From assembly GCA_963801605.1 (NCBI GenBank), contig CAWDFP010000007.1, positions 96,001 through 160,000 on the forward strand: DNA of 64,000 nucleotides, written 5' to 3'. Below the pieces are notes generated by a model. It was not told the DNA's origin. It saw only the letters and a list, made by a program, of their open reading frames with translations, and did not search any database. Below, in pieces: positions 31,680 to 41,527 of the stretch (position 1 is the stretch's first letter; each line of letters starts with the position of its first letter). The position numbers were made by a program, and so were the translations under genes. This stretch comes from an uncultured candidate division Zixibacteria bacterium (GTDB taxonomy: Bacteria; Zixibacteria; MSB-5A5; UBA10806).

Positions 31680-32834
31680 TTGGCATCATCCCAAAAATTA
31701 TTTCTGCGCTCAATCATCATTCCCGGGATTGAGCTATTTGCGCTATTACTATTCGCGTGCGGTCACCAGGCGCCAATACTCATTTCTAAGATCGAAAATG
31801 CCTGTAGCTGGAGCCAGGGGGGAAGCAACGCAACGCGCACAGCATACGTGCCGGCTAACGCCAATGGGTTTCCGAAACCGATCTGGAACCGCAAACAGGA
31901 AACACCTTTATTAATCGAACCGACGGTTGGATCCGGATATTTGTTTATCCCAACTACCAATGAGCGAATCTCAATAGTCTCATACGAAGACGGCAGCCGG
32001 TATGGCAGGCTTCGCTTCAAAGGACCTGTCTCGGCCCCTTGCGGCCTGGTCGATTCATTGATTGTGGTCAACGAGGATGGCAATCGGATGGTTATCGATA
32101 ACTGGGTAGTTGGCCGCCGTATCTGGCAAGTTGAGCTGAAGGGATCCGATATTGAGCCTCTAATCCATGATAAAAAAGTATACTGGCAGGACGGAACGGG
32201 GAATTTTCAATGCTATGAAGTATTGGAGGGGAAAAGAATCTGGGAGAAAAAGCTTGAATTCAGGCTTGTAAGTCCTGCCGCAGCAAACGATTCCTGCGTA
32301 GTTTTGGCCGGTGATGGTCCGAATATTGATTGCTTATCGCTTCAGGACGGCCATAGGCTCTGGCATGTTGACATGAAGGGTCGTATCAGGAATCCGATCG
32401 AGATTGCGGGGGATACCGTGCTTTACTGCACGGCCGATGGCCATATAGGAACCTTAAGCCTGAAAGACGGCTCTAAAATTTGGGATATCGATACTGGCCC
32501 GGAATTTATTGCTCCTCCGGCTACTGACGGTCAGGGGATTTATTTTGGCACCAATAATGGGCATTTTATGAAGTATAGTTTCAATTCTGGACAACAAATA
32601 TGGGATAAGGATATCGGATCGCCCATAAAGGCAGGGGCTACCATTTTCGGCGATATGGTAATATTCGTGAGCCTAAACCACCGGGCCTATTTTGTCGATA
32701 AGAATGATGGTACGATTAAGTCCGAATTTACGGCTCGGGGAATGCTTTCGGTAAGACCGGTCGCATGCTCCAATCGGATTTTTATCGCAGGAGAAGACAA
32801 AAACCTTTATTGCTTTCAGGTAGCGGCAGAATGA
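31680..32834 (+). CDS. PQQ-like beta-propeller lipoprotein (BamB-like)
   Basis: Lipobox LFAC; repeated G...W propeller blades (GKRIWE, GHRLWH, GSKIWD, GQQIWD). Confidence 0.8.
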   Translation: MASSQKLFLRSIIIPGIELFALLLFACGHQAPILISKIENACSWSQGGSNATRTAYVPANANGFPKPIWNRKQETPLLIEPTVGSGYLFIPTTNERISIVSYEDGSRYGRLRFKGPVSAPCGLVDSLIVVNEDGNRMVIDNWVVGRRIWQVELKGSDIEPLIHDKKVYWQDGTGNFQCYEVLEGKRIWEKKLEFRLVSPAAANDSCVVLAGDGPNIDCLSLQDGHRLWHVDMKGRIRNPIEIAGDTVLYCTADGHIGTLSLKDGSKIWDIDTGPEFIAPPATDGQGIYFGTNNGHFMKYSFNSGQQIWDKDIGSPIKAGATIFGDMVIFVSLNHRAYFVDKNDGTIKSEFTARGMLSVRPVACSNRIFIAGEDKNLYCFQVAAE

Positions 32835-35002
32835 ATAATGACATCAAACAAATAAGCCTGGATATTCTTCGGGATATCTATGGCAGCTCTCGACGCCTGG
32901 CCCTGTACCCTCTTGGCCATCCCATTACACAGGAAACATTAAAAAAGCCGTTGGGAACCTTAAATGAGGTTTTCATTTTCAAGCACAGCTTTACGGTTGA
33001 CCTGTTCAAAGATCGGATTCTTGGCGAGGGAGTGTTGCTTGATGATACAGTATATGTCTCAGGGATAGCCCTGGAAATGAAAAAGCACAAACTTTCAAGG
33101 GTTACATTCAGCTCTGATCTGGCGATAGGCGATCTTTATTATTTCCTATCGCTATTGGTGGCTCGTCCCGGACCTTTTCAGGATAATATGGCTCGCATCC
33201 TTAAGGCGAAAAATATTACGTCAATAATTGTCAACCACGATACCCCTCCAAGGCTATATGAATTCGACAAAATTGAAGGTATCAGCGGTGAAAAGTTTTA
33301 CCTCGAAGAGCGTATCAATGATGTCCTTTCCGAAAAATCGGGAGTTATAGGTTCCTACTACATGGGACGGCTTAAAGATGATAACGATGTGCTGGATGAG
33401 TTGGGGATTGATTTCCGGATATCGTATCTGGCCCGCTTCTTTAAGAATAATCTTTTGCATCTCGATCGCGACAAGGCCATGGCCTTAATCGAAAACGCAT
33501 TGCTTTCCACTAACTGGCTCGATGACGCTATCGATTCCCAGGCGGTACTGGGGCTCAGACGTATTTTCGATGATTATCTTACGGAAAATCCCGATGAGCA
33601 TGTGCTTTCCTCGGTTTATCATCTTCTTAAAAAAGTTGGCACTCCGGAATCGATATTGGGGCAGTTCTTTAATAAAACGTCTATTCTGAAACTTAAGACT
33701 TTTCAGCAGTCCGAGGATATAGTCGATACTCTAAAATATTCCGATCCATCGAAAGTCGATCTTGCCACCTTACGAAAAACCATTTTCAAATTGGCGGCCG
33801 CCCAACAGAACAGCTATATCGAAGACATAATAGATCAACTGATCAGGTCGTTATCCTCTCCGACGATGGAGGAGCGGCAAAAGGCCGGGAATCTAGTGGA
33901 ATCCGTTGCGGAAGTATTAGTCAACGGAGGCTTTTTCGAGTTTTACGGTCATATTTGCAAAGAAGCCGTTCGACTATCGCTGCTTCCAACTCAAACCAGC
34001 GAACCGGTAGAGTTGACCTCCAATTTAATATGGCTGGCCATAAAAAATAGTCGCTGGCCGGAATTTAAGGTGCTTTGCCGGACTCTGCGAGGCGTTGTCG
34101 ATGATCGTTTACAATCGGAGAGCAAACGCGAGTTGGCCGGGCTAAAGTTAGCGGAGATTTCATCATCGGATTTGATATTCAAAACGGCATCATGCTTAGC
34201 CGAAGGCAACCGTTCCGATGATGCCAATGAGTTTTTCGAGGGTATGAGCGCGCTCAGTTCAAAGGAAATTATCAAGATGCTGGCCGGCAAATTGACTCAT
34301 CCGGATATAAATATCAGATCACGGATGATCAAGCTGTTGGTGAGCATGAAAAAGGACGCCGGTGAAGTAATTACTGAAACGCTTGAAGAGATGATTGGAC
34401 GGTTGAAGGGCGGATCAATTTCAGACGAGGATTGGTATTATTTTCGTAATGCGCTTCGAGTGATAAAGGAAGTAAAGGCCGAGAGCGCGATGCCGCTTCT
34501 CGAAATCATGAGCGGATGGCCGACTGCCCGTATTAAACTTGAAGTGATCAAGACGCTCGAGGCGATGCCACCCGAAAGTTCCGTCAAACTTTTCGATAAG
34601 CTAACGCGCGATAGCGATGTCGATGTTAAAAAAGCGGCTATAGTGGCAATGGGTCTTTCGGGCGACAAATGCATGATTCCATATCTACGTGAAATATTTA
34701 TGACAAATCCGGATTGCCGGCAAATCGCGGTAGCATCATTAGGCCGGATAGGCGACGCTCCCGCAAGGGATATATTAATCGAGCTTTATGAAGACCCGAA
34801 GCTTTTCAAAGACCTTGGTATCATGAAGAGAGAATCGGATGAAATAAAAGCGACAATCCTAAAGGCCTTATCACTCATTGGCGATGAACTTTCCCTGAAA
34901 AAAATCGAACAGTACTCGGCAAAGTCCGTGGACAAATCGCTTTTTACTCGCGATCTTCTTTCCAACACCGCAAAAATTATTTTAGGGGCAAAAATTAAGT
35001 AG
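32831..35002 (+). CDS. HEAT-repeat protein
   Basis: N-terminal LYPLGHP motif; C-terminal HEAT-like repeats (DVKKAAIVAMG, AVASLGRIGD); ATG 32831 overlaps the upstream stop. Confidence 0.8.
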   Translation: MNNDIKQISLDILRDIYGSSRRLALYPLGHPITQETLKKPLGTLNEVFIFKHSFTVDLFKDRILGEGVLLDDTVYVSGIALEMKKHKLSRVTFSSDLAIGDLYYFLSLLVARPGPFQDNMARILKAKNITSIIVNHDTPPRLYEFDKIEGISGEKFYLEERINDVLSEKSGVIGSYYMGRLKDDNDVLDELGIDFRISYLARFFKNNLLHLDRDKAMALIENALLSTNWLDDAIDSQAVLGLRRIFDDYLTENPDEHVLSSVYHLLKKVGTPESILGQFFNKTSILKLKTFQQSEDIVDTLKYSDPSKVDLATLRKTIFKLAAAQQNSYIEDIIDQLIRSLSSPTMEERQKAGNLVESVAEVLVNGGFFEFYGHICKEAVRLSLLPTQTSEPVELTSNLIWLAIKNSRWPEFKVLCRTLRGVVDDRLQSESKRELAGLKLAEISSSDLIFKTASCLAEGNRSDDANEFFEGMSALSSKEIIKMLAGKLTHPDINIRSRMIKLLVSMKKDAGEVITETLEEMIGRLKGGSISDEDWYYFRNALRVIKEVKAESAMPLLEIMSGWPTARIKLEVIKTLEAMPPESSVKLFDKLTRDSDVDVKKAAIVAMGLSGDKCMIPYLREIFMTNPDCRQIAVASLGRIGDAPARDILIELYEDPKLFKDLGIMKRESDEIKATILKALSLIGDELSLKKIEQYSAKSVDKSLFTRDLLSNTAKIILGAKIK

Positions 35003-35036
35003 CTGCCATCGTGGCATAGCATTGCATTTATGGCAT

Positions 35037-35066
35037 AAAAGGCTGTCATATTGACAGCCTTTTTTA
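35037..35066 (+). terminator. Intrinsic terminator (overlaps a possible activator site)
   Basis: AAAAGGCTGTCA-TAT-TGACAGCCTTTTTT. Confidence 0.7.
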
Positions 35067-35112
35067 TTTGGCATCGGAGTCAATCCTCAGTTAATACCCG
35101 TAAATACTTATA

Positions 35113-35160
35113 TATCAATATGTTGTTAGAGTCAGTACAAAATTTGGCACGTTGTTTGAA
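35113..35160 (+). promoter_or_regulatory. IHF site plus sigma54-like promoter of the hsp20-hsp20-dnaK-dnaJ cluster
   Basis: TATCAA-TATG-TTG (35113-35125) matches WATCAANNNNTTR; TGGCACG-TTGT-TTGA (35145-35159). Confidence 0.6.
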
Positions 35161-35210
35161 TAGTATTGGTGCGAGTGAAAATGGCAACGATTAACAAAGG
35201 AGAAATAGAA

Positions 35211-35576
35211 ATGTTTGACATCAGAATAGCACCATTTATCGCGGGGGCCGGATGTGATTTCAGCCCTCAACCAGACGTGGATATTTCGGAGACCAATGAC
35301 AGCTTCAACTTCAGCTTTGATATTCCGGGCGCATTAAAGGAAGATATCAAGATCTGGATCGACAACGATACGCTTACGGTTTCGGGCGAAAAAAAGTATG
35401 AGGCCGATAATAATGCCGAACGCCTGGTGGCGGAGAGAGTATTTGGCAAGTTTGAGCGTTCGTTCAAGCTTCCCAGCGCTGTTGATAAGAATAATGTCAC
35501 GGCGGAATTGGTAAACGGTGTATTGGCAATCAAATTGCCAAAGATCAATGATACCAAAGAGATTCATTTAAGTTAA
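35211..35576 (+). CDS. Hsp20/alpha-crystallin small heat-shock protein
   Basis: DIPG...LTVSGEKK...ER.FGKFERSFKLP...NGVLAIKLPK; ATG 35211 after AAGGAG. Confidence 0.92.
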   Translation: MFDIRIAPFIAGAGCDFSPQPDVDISETNDSFNFSFDIPGALKEDIKIWIDNDTLTVSGEKKYEADNNAERLVAERVFGKFERSFKLPSAVDKNNVTAELVNGVLAIKLPKINDTKEIHLS

Positions 35577-35595
35577 TCAAAGGGAGGTGCATGAT

Positions 35596-36036
35596 ATGGC
35601 ATTAATCAGATGGAGACCGATGAGAGGCCTGGTGGATATCCAGGATGAAATCAACCGGATGTTCGAGGATATCGCCGGTTCAGCGGATGGAGAAAGGGGT
35701 ATGTCGAAGCTTTCTCCACCGGCGGATGTAATCGAAAATAAGGACTCATTTGTCGTCAGAGCGGAGCTTCCGGGCCTTAAAAAGGAAGATGTCAAGGTGA
35801 CGCTTCAAAACAACGTCTTGATACTCAGCGGCGAAAAGAAGAAAGAGACCGAGGAGAAAAATGAGGCGTACCACAGGGTAGAACGTTCCTATGGCTCATT
35901 CTACAGATCATTCGAGTTGCCGGTGGCGGTTGACGCTAGCAATATTAAGGCTGATTTCAAAGACGGGATTCTCAAAGTAGTGCTTCCCAAGATCGAGGAA
36001 GCCAAACCAAAAGAAATCGAAATAAGCGTAAAATAG
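35596..36036 (+). CDS. Hsp20/alpha-crystallin small heat-shock protein
   Basis: AELPGL, ERSYGSFYRSFELP, DGILKVVLPK; RBS GGAGGT. Confidence 0.95.
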   Translation: MALIRWRPMRGLVDIQDEINRMFEDIAGSADGERGMSKLSPPADVIENKDSFVVRAELPGLKKEDVKVTLQNNVLILSGEKKKETEEKNEAYHRVERSYGSFYRSFELPVAVDASNIKADFKDGILKVVLPKIEEAKPKEIEISVK

Positions 36037-36165
36037 GGGAGCGGCGGCTGCGGAGATAATCTCCGCGTTCCGCCTGGGTTCTTTAGAGGGTTAATTCCCA
36101 ATTGAGGATCCAGGCGGAACCTGATTATAAAAAAATTAGTAATTTGACCTGAAAGGTGGCATCAA

Positions 36166-36288
36166 ATGACAATAATAAAGATTTTAATTCCGTTGATTCT
36201 CGGTATCATGATTATCATTTTGGCGATGGCCAAAAGTTCAAAACCGAAAATCGCAGTAGTGAAGATATCAAAAAAATACTATCGATAA
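36166..36288 (+). CDS. Putative 40-aa single-TM peptide
   Basis: MTIIKILIPLILGIMIIILAMAKSSKPKIAVVKISKKYYR; RBS GAAAGGTG; its stop overlaps the dnaK RBS. Confidence 0.45.
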   Translation: MTIIKILIPLILGIMIIILAMAKSSKPKIAVVKISKKYYR

Positions 36289-36302
36289 GGAGGTGAGGAT
36301 CA

Positions 36303-38195
36303 ATGGCTAAAGTAATAGGTATTGACCTCGGGACAACAAATTCGTGTGTGTCAACAATGGAGGGCGGCAATCCGGTTGTGATCCCCAATTCGGAGGGTTC
36401 GAGGACTACGCCGTCGGTGGTAGCGGTAAGCAAAACCGGTGAGATACTTGTCGGACAGGTGGCAAAAAGGCAGGCGATTACCAATCCCACCAGTACCATT
36501 TTTTCGGTCAAGCGTTTCATGGGAAGAAACTATAACGAGGTGACATCGGAAATAGCAAATTTTCCCTATAAGGTAAAACCGGGCCCTAATAATGATGTTC
36601 GAATCGCGATGGGCGGTAAGGATTATTCTCCACCCGAAATTTCGGCGATGATCCTGCAGTACATGAGAAAGGCGGCTGAGGATTACCTCGGTCAGAAGGT
36701 CACTCAGGCTATCATAACGGTACCGGCCTATTTCAACGATTCGCAGCGTCAGGCAACCAAGGACGCCGGTAGAATCGCCGGGCTGGAGGTGCTTCGTATT
36801 ATCAATGAACCGACAGCGGCATCGTTGGCTTACGGACTTGACAAAAAGAAGGACGAGAAGATAGCGGTCTTCGATTTGGGTGGCGGCACATTCGATATTT
36901 CCGTTCTCGAAATTGGTGAAGGGGTATTCGAAGTGCGCTCCACCAATGGCGATACTCATCTGGGCGGCGATGATTTCGACAAGCGCATCATGGATTGGCT
37001 GATTGATGAGTTTAAGAAGAGCGATAGTATCGATCTCTCTCGCGATCCGATGGCTCTTCAAAGGCTAAAGGAGGCCGCCGAAAAAGCCAAGATCGAGCTT
37101 TCAAGCACTCTTCAAACCAATATTAATTTGCCGTTTATTACGGCCGATCAGAACGGGCCGCGCCATCTGAATTTGACTCTAACTCGCGCCAAATATGAGC
37201 AGTTGGTGGATGACCTTATCCAACGGACAATTGAACCTTGCAAGAAAGCCATGGCCGATGCGCATTTGAACACATCGGAGATCGATGAAGTGATCCTGGT
37301 TGGCGGTATGACCAGAATGCCCAAAGTGCAGGAAGTTGTAAAAAGCCTGTTTGGCAAAGAACCGCATAAGGGTGTCAATCCCGATGAAGTCGTGGCAGTC
37401 GGCGCCGGAGTTCAGGGCGGAGTTCTGGCCGGCGATGTCAAAGATGTCCTGCTTTTAGATGTCACACCGCTCTCGCTGGGAATCGAGACGCTGGGCGGTG
37501 TCTTTACCAAGCTGATCGAACGCAATACCACAATCCCGACCAAGAAATCGGAAGTGTTTTCGACCGCGGCGGATAATCAAACATCGGTGGAGGTTCATGT
37601 GCTTCAGGGCGAGCGAGATCTGGCATCATATAATAAGACGATAGGCAGATTTTTCCTGGATGGCATTCCGCAGGCGCCCCGAGGCATTCCGCAAATCGAA
37701 GTTTCATTCGATATCGATGCTAACGGAATTCTCAACGTATCGGCCCGGGATAAGGCCACGGGCAAAGAACAGACGATTCGGATCACGGCCTCGTCAGGTT
37801 TGACCGAGCAGGAAATCCAGAAAATGGTAAAAGACGCCGAGACGCACGCATCGGAGGACCACGCCAACCGCGAAAAGGTTGAAATGCGCAATAGGGCCGA
37901 TCAGGAAATCTATCAGACCGAAAAGCAACTGAAGGAATTCGAGGGAAAGATCGATCCCGATGCAAAGACCAAAGTCGAAACCGCTCTCAACCGTCTCAAG
38001 GATGCTGTGAAGGGCGAAGACGTTAACGAAATTCGCTCAGCATCGGAGGCTTTGACGGCGATATGGCATGAGGTTTCGGCCAAGATGTACCAGCAGCAAA
38101 CCGCCGGAACGAATTCTGGCGGAGGTCAACAGGGCGGTGGTCCGCAAAATCAGGGCAGCGGCCCTATCGATGCTGACTACGAGGTAGTTAAGTAA
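36303..38195 (+). CDS. dnaK: Chaperone DnaK
   Basis: [27 protein letters not shown] and other Hsp70 signatures. Confidence 0.99.
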   Translation: MAKVIGIDLGTTNSCVSTMEGGNPVVIPNSEGSRTTPSVVAVSKTGEILVGQVAKRQAITNPTSTIFSVKRFMGRNYNEVTSEIANFPYKVKPGPNNDVRIAMGGKDYSPPEISAMILQYMRKAAEDYLGQKVTQAIITVPAYFNDSQRQATKDAGRIAGLEVLRIINEPTAASLAYGLDKKKDEKIAVFDLGGGTFDISVLEIGEGVFEVRSTNGDTHLGGDDFDKRIMDWLIDEFKKSDSIDLSRDPMALQRLKEAAEKAKIELSSTLQTNINLPFITADQNGPRHLNLTLTRAKYEQLVDDLIQRTIEPCKKAMADAHLNTSEIDEVILVGGMTRMPKVQEVVKSLFGKEPHKGVNPDEVVAVGAGVQGGVLAGDVKDVLLLDVTPLSLGIETLGGVFTKLIERNTTIPTKKSEVFSTAADNQTSVEVHVLQGERDLASYNKTIGRFFLDGIPQAPRGIPQIEVSFDIDANGILNVSARDKATGKEQTIRITASSGLTEQEIQKMVKDAETHASEDHANREKVEMRNRADQEIYQTEKQLKEFEGKIDPDAKTKVETALNRLKDAVKGEDVNEIRSASEALTAIWHEVSAKMYQQQTAGTNSGGGQQGGGPQNQGSGPIDADYEVVK

Positions 38196-38245
38196 TCGAT
38201 TTGAAATTAGGAAATTAATTTCGGTTGTGTGGAGGTTAAGGGATT

Positions 38246-38278
38246 GTGCAGGGGCGTATAAGCAATACGCCCCTGCAC
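38246..38278. repeat. REP-like GC-rich palindrome / possible terminator after dnaK
   Basis: GTGCAGGGGCGTAT-AAGCA-ATACGCCCCTGCAC, a perfect 14-bp inverted repeat. Confidence 0.7.
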
Positions 38279-38462
38279 TTTAGGGTTTTTAATTTCCATA
38301 GGCCAACAGGCAGAGGAGTGGATCGGATAGCAGGCGTCAATATTTTATAGAATAATTAAATAAACGATAGGACGGTCAAAACGCGAAAGTTTGATTTAGT
38401 CAAAATTTCATCATATAATAATTAATAATGAAAAGGCGGGCATAAAATTATAATATTGAAAG

Positions 38463-39539
38463 ATGAAAGATTATTATAAAATACTTGGTGTTCCGGAAAC
38501 AGCTTCTGAAGCTGAGATAAAAAAAGCTTATCGCAATCTGGCCAAAAAGTATCATCCTGACGCCAATCCCGGCAATAAGGCATCAGAAAATAAATTCAAG
38601 GAGATTTCGGAAGCTAACGAGGCTCTTTCGAATAAGCAAAAGCGGGCGCAATACGATCAGATGCGTCGCTACGGCGGGGGAGGTTTTGGCGGTTTTGAGA
38701 GGGGAGGACCGAGGCCGGGCGCGGGAACCTCATATAATCAGGAATATAATTTCGACGACCTGTCATCGGTATTCGGTGAATCCGGCGGTTTTGGCTCATT
38801 TGCCGACCTGCTTTCATCGCTATTTGGTCAGGGTGGAAGATCGCCGTTTGGAGGATCAACTCGCTCGGGGAGATTTGCGGAAGCTGACGATACTTATGCC
38901 GAGATAGAAATCCCATTTGAAACCGCAATGCGCGGCGGGCGTGTCAATATTAAGTTGGAAGTTAGCGAACAGTGTCCCGTCTGTCAGGGAACAGGTTCAA
39001 AACCGGGATCATCAGTAAGAACCTGCCCGGACTGTCATGGCAGGGGGCATATAAGTTTCACTCAAGGGAATTTTGCGGTATCTCGTCCCTGCCCGCGCTG
39101 CCTGGGCCGCGGCCAGATTATCGGTGAACTATGCCCGAACTGCAAAGGGGAAGGAAATGTAAGACGACCCAGGGAAATTGCGGTTAAAATTCCGGCAGGT
39201 ATTGAATCGGGAAAATCGATTCGCTTAAGAGGCTTGGGAGGGCCGGGTGAAAATGGGGGCGCCCCAGGTGATTTGTATCTTAAAGTTAATATAATTAAGG
39301 ATAAGGCTTTTTGGCGGGACGGCCTCGATATTCATTATCGTTTACCGATTACCCAGGACCAGGCTTTGCATGGAGCTAAAATCAGAATACCGACAATTAC
39401 AAATCAGCAGATTAATCTAAATATTCCGCCGGGCACAAAATCGGGGGCAAAGCTGCGGCTTCGAGGTTTGGGGCTGGTTCAGGATAGTCGTAAAGGTGAC
39501 CAGATTGTTGAAGTCGAAGTTAAGTCAAATAAATCTTAA
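38463..39539 (+). CDS. dnaJ: Chaperone DnaJ
   Basis: J-domain HPD, G/F region, four CxxCxGxG motifs. Confidence 0.95.
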   Translation: MKDYYKILGVPETASEAEIKKAYRNLAKKYHPDANPGNKASENKFKEISEANEALSNKQKRAQYDQMRRYGGGGFGGFERGGPRPGAGTSYNQEYNFDDLSSVFGESGGFGSFADLLSSLFGQGGRSPFGGSTRSGRFAEADDTYAEIEIPFETAMRGGRVNIKLEVSEQCPVCQGTGSKPGSSVRTCPDCHGRGHISFTQGNFAVSRPCPRCLGRGQIIGELCPNCKGEGNVRRPREIAVKIPAGIESGKSIRLRGLGGPGENGGAPGDLYLKVNIIKDKAFWRDGLDIHYRLPITQDQALHGAKIRIPTITNQQINLNIPPGTKSGAKLRLRGLGLVQDSRKGDQIVEVEVKSNKS

Positions 39540-39550
39540 AAATACACGAT

Positions 39551-39840
39551 AATCGAATAGATGAAGTAATAGCCTTCAAGCCATTAACAATTAAAGAGAT
39601 AGAAAGCATAGTCAGTCTTGAATTTAGCCCGGGTATAAGCAGGCTGTCATCCTTGGTTTTTAAGTATAATTAGCCGATGACCACAAAGCCTATTTAGCCA
39701 AAGAGGAGTACAAACCGCGATTTGGAGCCAGACCGCTATAACGGGTGATTAAGCGAAACTTGACAGATAAGCTCGCCAATCTTATTCTATCAGGCAAATT
39801 GTCGTCTGACGGTAAGATCGTCATCGATGCCAATAAAATA
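39551..39840 (+). pseudogene. Degenerate 3' remnant of clpB/clpC (D2-small domain)
   Basis: NRIDEVIAFKPLT.KEIESIV, then frameshift and YKPRFGARPL*RVIKRNLTDKLANLILSG; no start and no AAA+ domains. Confidence 0.8.
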
Positions 39841-39910
39841 GCGCCTCGTTTTCAAAAGCGAAGAGGTAGAGGCAAAATCGGTTATCTGATCCAAACTCAG
39901 GGAGGTCGGC

Positions 39911-40297
39911 TTGAAACGACTATATGTGGTTATGATGGCTGGGTTGTTTCTGTTTGCGTGCGGTAATAAAAAAGCGAATGTATTAGACGAACAGGCACTG
40001 TTTCAACAGGCGCAAAGTTTCGAGAGATCGCAGGAGTTCGCGAAGGCTTACGATTCATATCAAATTATCATTGATAAATATCCCCAAAGCCCTCTTCGCT
40101 ACAAAGCCCTCTTTATGGCAGGATATATCCAGCTTGAATATCTTAAAGATAACAAGAAAGCCTTAGGCTTATTCGATACCCTTTTGAAAGAATATCCCAA
40201 GTGCGACCTGGCGAAAGATGCCAAAGTAATCCGCGATGTCGCCGCCAGCGGCAAAGACCTGATGTCTGTCTTTCAGGATTCTTTAAAGGGCAAATAA
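39911..40297 (+). CDS. TPR lipoprotein (YbgF/BamD-like)
   Basis: Lipobox LFAC, two TPR helix pairs with (K/E)YP motifs; RBS GGAGG. Confidence 0.8.
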   Translation: MKRLYVVMMAGLFLFACGNKKANVLDEQALFQQAQSFERSQEFAKAYDSYQIIIDKYPQSPLRYKALFMAGYIQLEYLKDNKKALGLFDTLLKEYPKCDLAKDAKVIRDVAASGKDLMSVFQDSLKGK

Positions 40298-40448
40298 TCG
40301 CCTTATAATAAATATAGATAAACGGTGATATGAAGGCCTTAAGTTATTAGACTGTCAATCGCCGTTTTTATTCATGGTCGGGTCCGGATTCCGTATTTTC
40401 CACTGATAAATTATCCAAGATATTCCTCAAAGAAAAACGCCTTTTTTA

Positions 40449-40477
40449 TTGACTGGAGCCTTATTAGATAGTAATCT
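40449..40477 (+). promoter_or_regulatory. Sigma70-type promoter of the dtd-maf-smc-ftsY operon
   Basis: TTGACT-N17-TAATCT. Confidence 0.6.
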
Positions 40478-40499
40478 CAGATGCGAAACGGAGGGGTGA

Positions 40500-40937
40500 A
40501 TGAAAATCGTGCTTCAACGGGTCTCCGAAGCTTCCGTCGAGGTTTCCAGCCAGATAATAAGCGCCACCGGTTCCGGGTTATTACTTTTGGTTGGGGCCGA
40601 TAAGGATGACACTCAAAAAAATGCCGATTTTTTAGCCGACCGCATCCTGGGCTTACGTATTTTCGAAGATAATGCCGGGAAAATGAACCTCTCCGCAGTC
40701 GATGTTAAAAGCGAGATTATGGCTGTTTCGCAATTTACGCTTTCGGCGGATATCTCCAAGGGGAGAAGACCGTCGTTTTCAACGGCCATGGAGCCCGACG
40801 AGGCGTTGAAACTATTCGATTATTTTGTGGGTAAACTTCGAGATAGCGGCTTAGTTGTAAAAACCGGGGAGTTTGGGGCCAAAATGATGGTTCGCCTGGT
40901 AAACGACGGCCCGGTCACTTTTGTATTGGAAGGATAA
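40500..40937 (+). CDS. dtd: D-aminoacyl-tRNA deacylase
   Basis: MKIVLQRV, SQFTL, KGRRPSF, NDGPVT. Confidence 0.97.
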   Translation: MKIVLQRVSEASVEVSSQIISATGSGLLLLVGADKDDTQKNADFLADRILGLRIFEDNAGKMNLSAVDVKSEIMAVSQFTLSADISKGRRPSFSTAMEPDEALKLFDYFVGKLRDSGLVVKTGEFGAKMMVRLVNDGPVTFVLEG

Positions 40938-41527
40938 TGGCAATTTCGACCGGCAAAATAATATTGGCGTCCGGTTCTCCTCGGAGAAAGGAATTGCTTT
41001 CAAATTTGGGATACCGGTTCGAGATCATAGTTCCCGATCTCGATGAGACGCCGCTTCCGGGGGAGATTCCGGCTGAACATGTCCTGCGCTTATCGCTGGC
41101 TAAAGCCGAGTTGATAGCGAAAGATCATCCCGCGGATCTCGTTATTGGAGCTGATACTATAGTCGTACTCGATGATACCATTCTGGGCAAGCCATCATCT
41201 CCCGATGAAGCCGTTTCGATGCTGAAGTTTTTATCGGGGAGATCTCATGTGGTTTATACCGGATTATCTCTGGTTATCAAAGATGATAGAATTTCGATTT
41301 CGAAATATGATGCAACCAGGGTTGTCTTTAATAATCTGGACGATAAGGCCATTCGGGAATATGTGGCCAGCGGCGAACCGCTCGATAAAGCCGGAGCCTA
41401 CGGAATCCAGGGGATGGGATCGTTTCTGGTTAATCATTACGAGGGTGAATTCGATACCGTTATAGGATTCCCCACGGAGCTGTTTAAGAGAATGTATGAG
41501 GAGGTTGTTTCTTGCCGGAATCGTTAG
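40937..41527 (+). CDS. maf: Maf-family nucleoside triphosphate pyrophosphatase
   Basis: ILASGSPRRKELL, GADTIV, GEPLDKAGAYGIQG. Confidence 0.96.
   Translation: MAISTGKIILASGSPRRKELLSNLGYRFEIIVPDLDETPLPGEIPAEHVLRLSLAKAELIAKDHPADLVIGADTIVVLDDTILGKPSSPDEAVSMLKFLSGRSHVVYTGLSLVIKDDRISISKYDATRVVFNNLDDKAIREYVASGEPLDKAGAYGIQGMGSFLVNHYEGEFDTVIGFPTELFKRMYEEVVSCRNR

Noticed and set aside
35012..35026. Second sigma54 promoter TGGCATAGCATTGCA
   Set aside because: GG-to-GC spacing is 9 nt rather than the required 10
36351..37061. Long antisense ORFs (e.g. opposite dnaK, pnp, leuS)
   Set aside because: Shadow ORFs of well-conserved genes with no independent motifs
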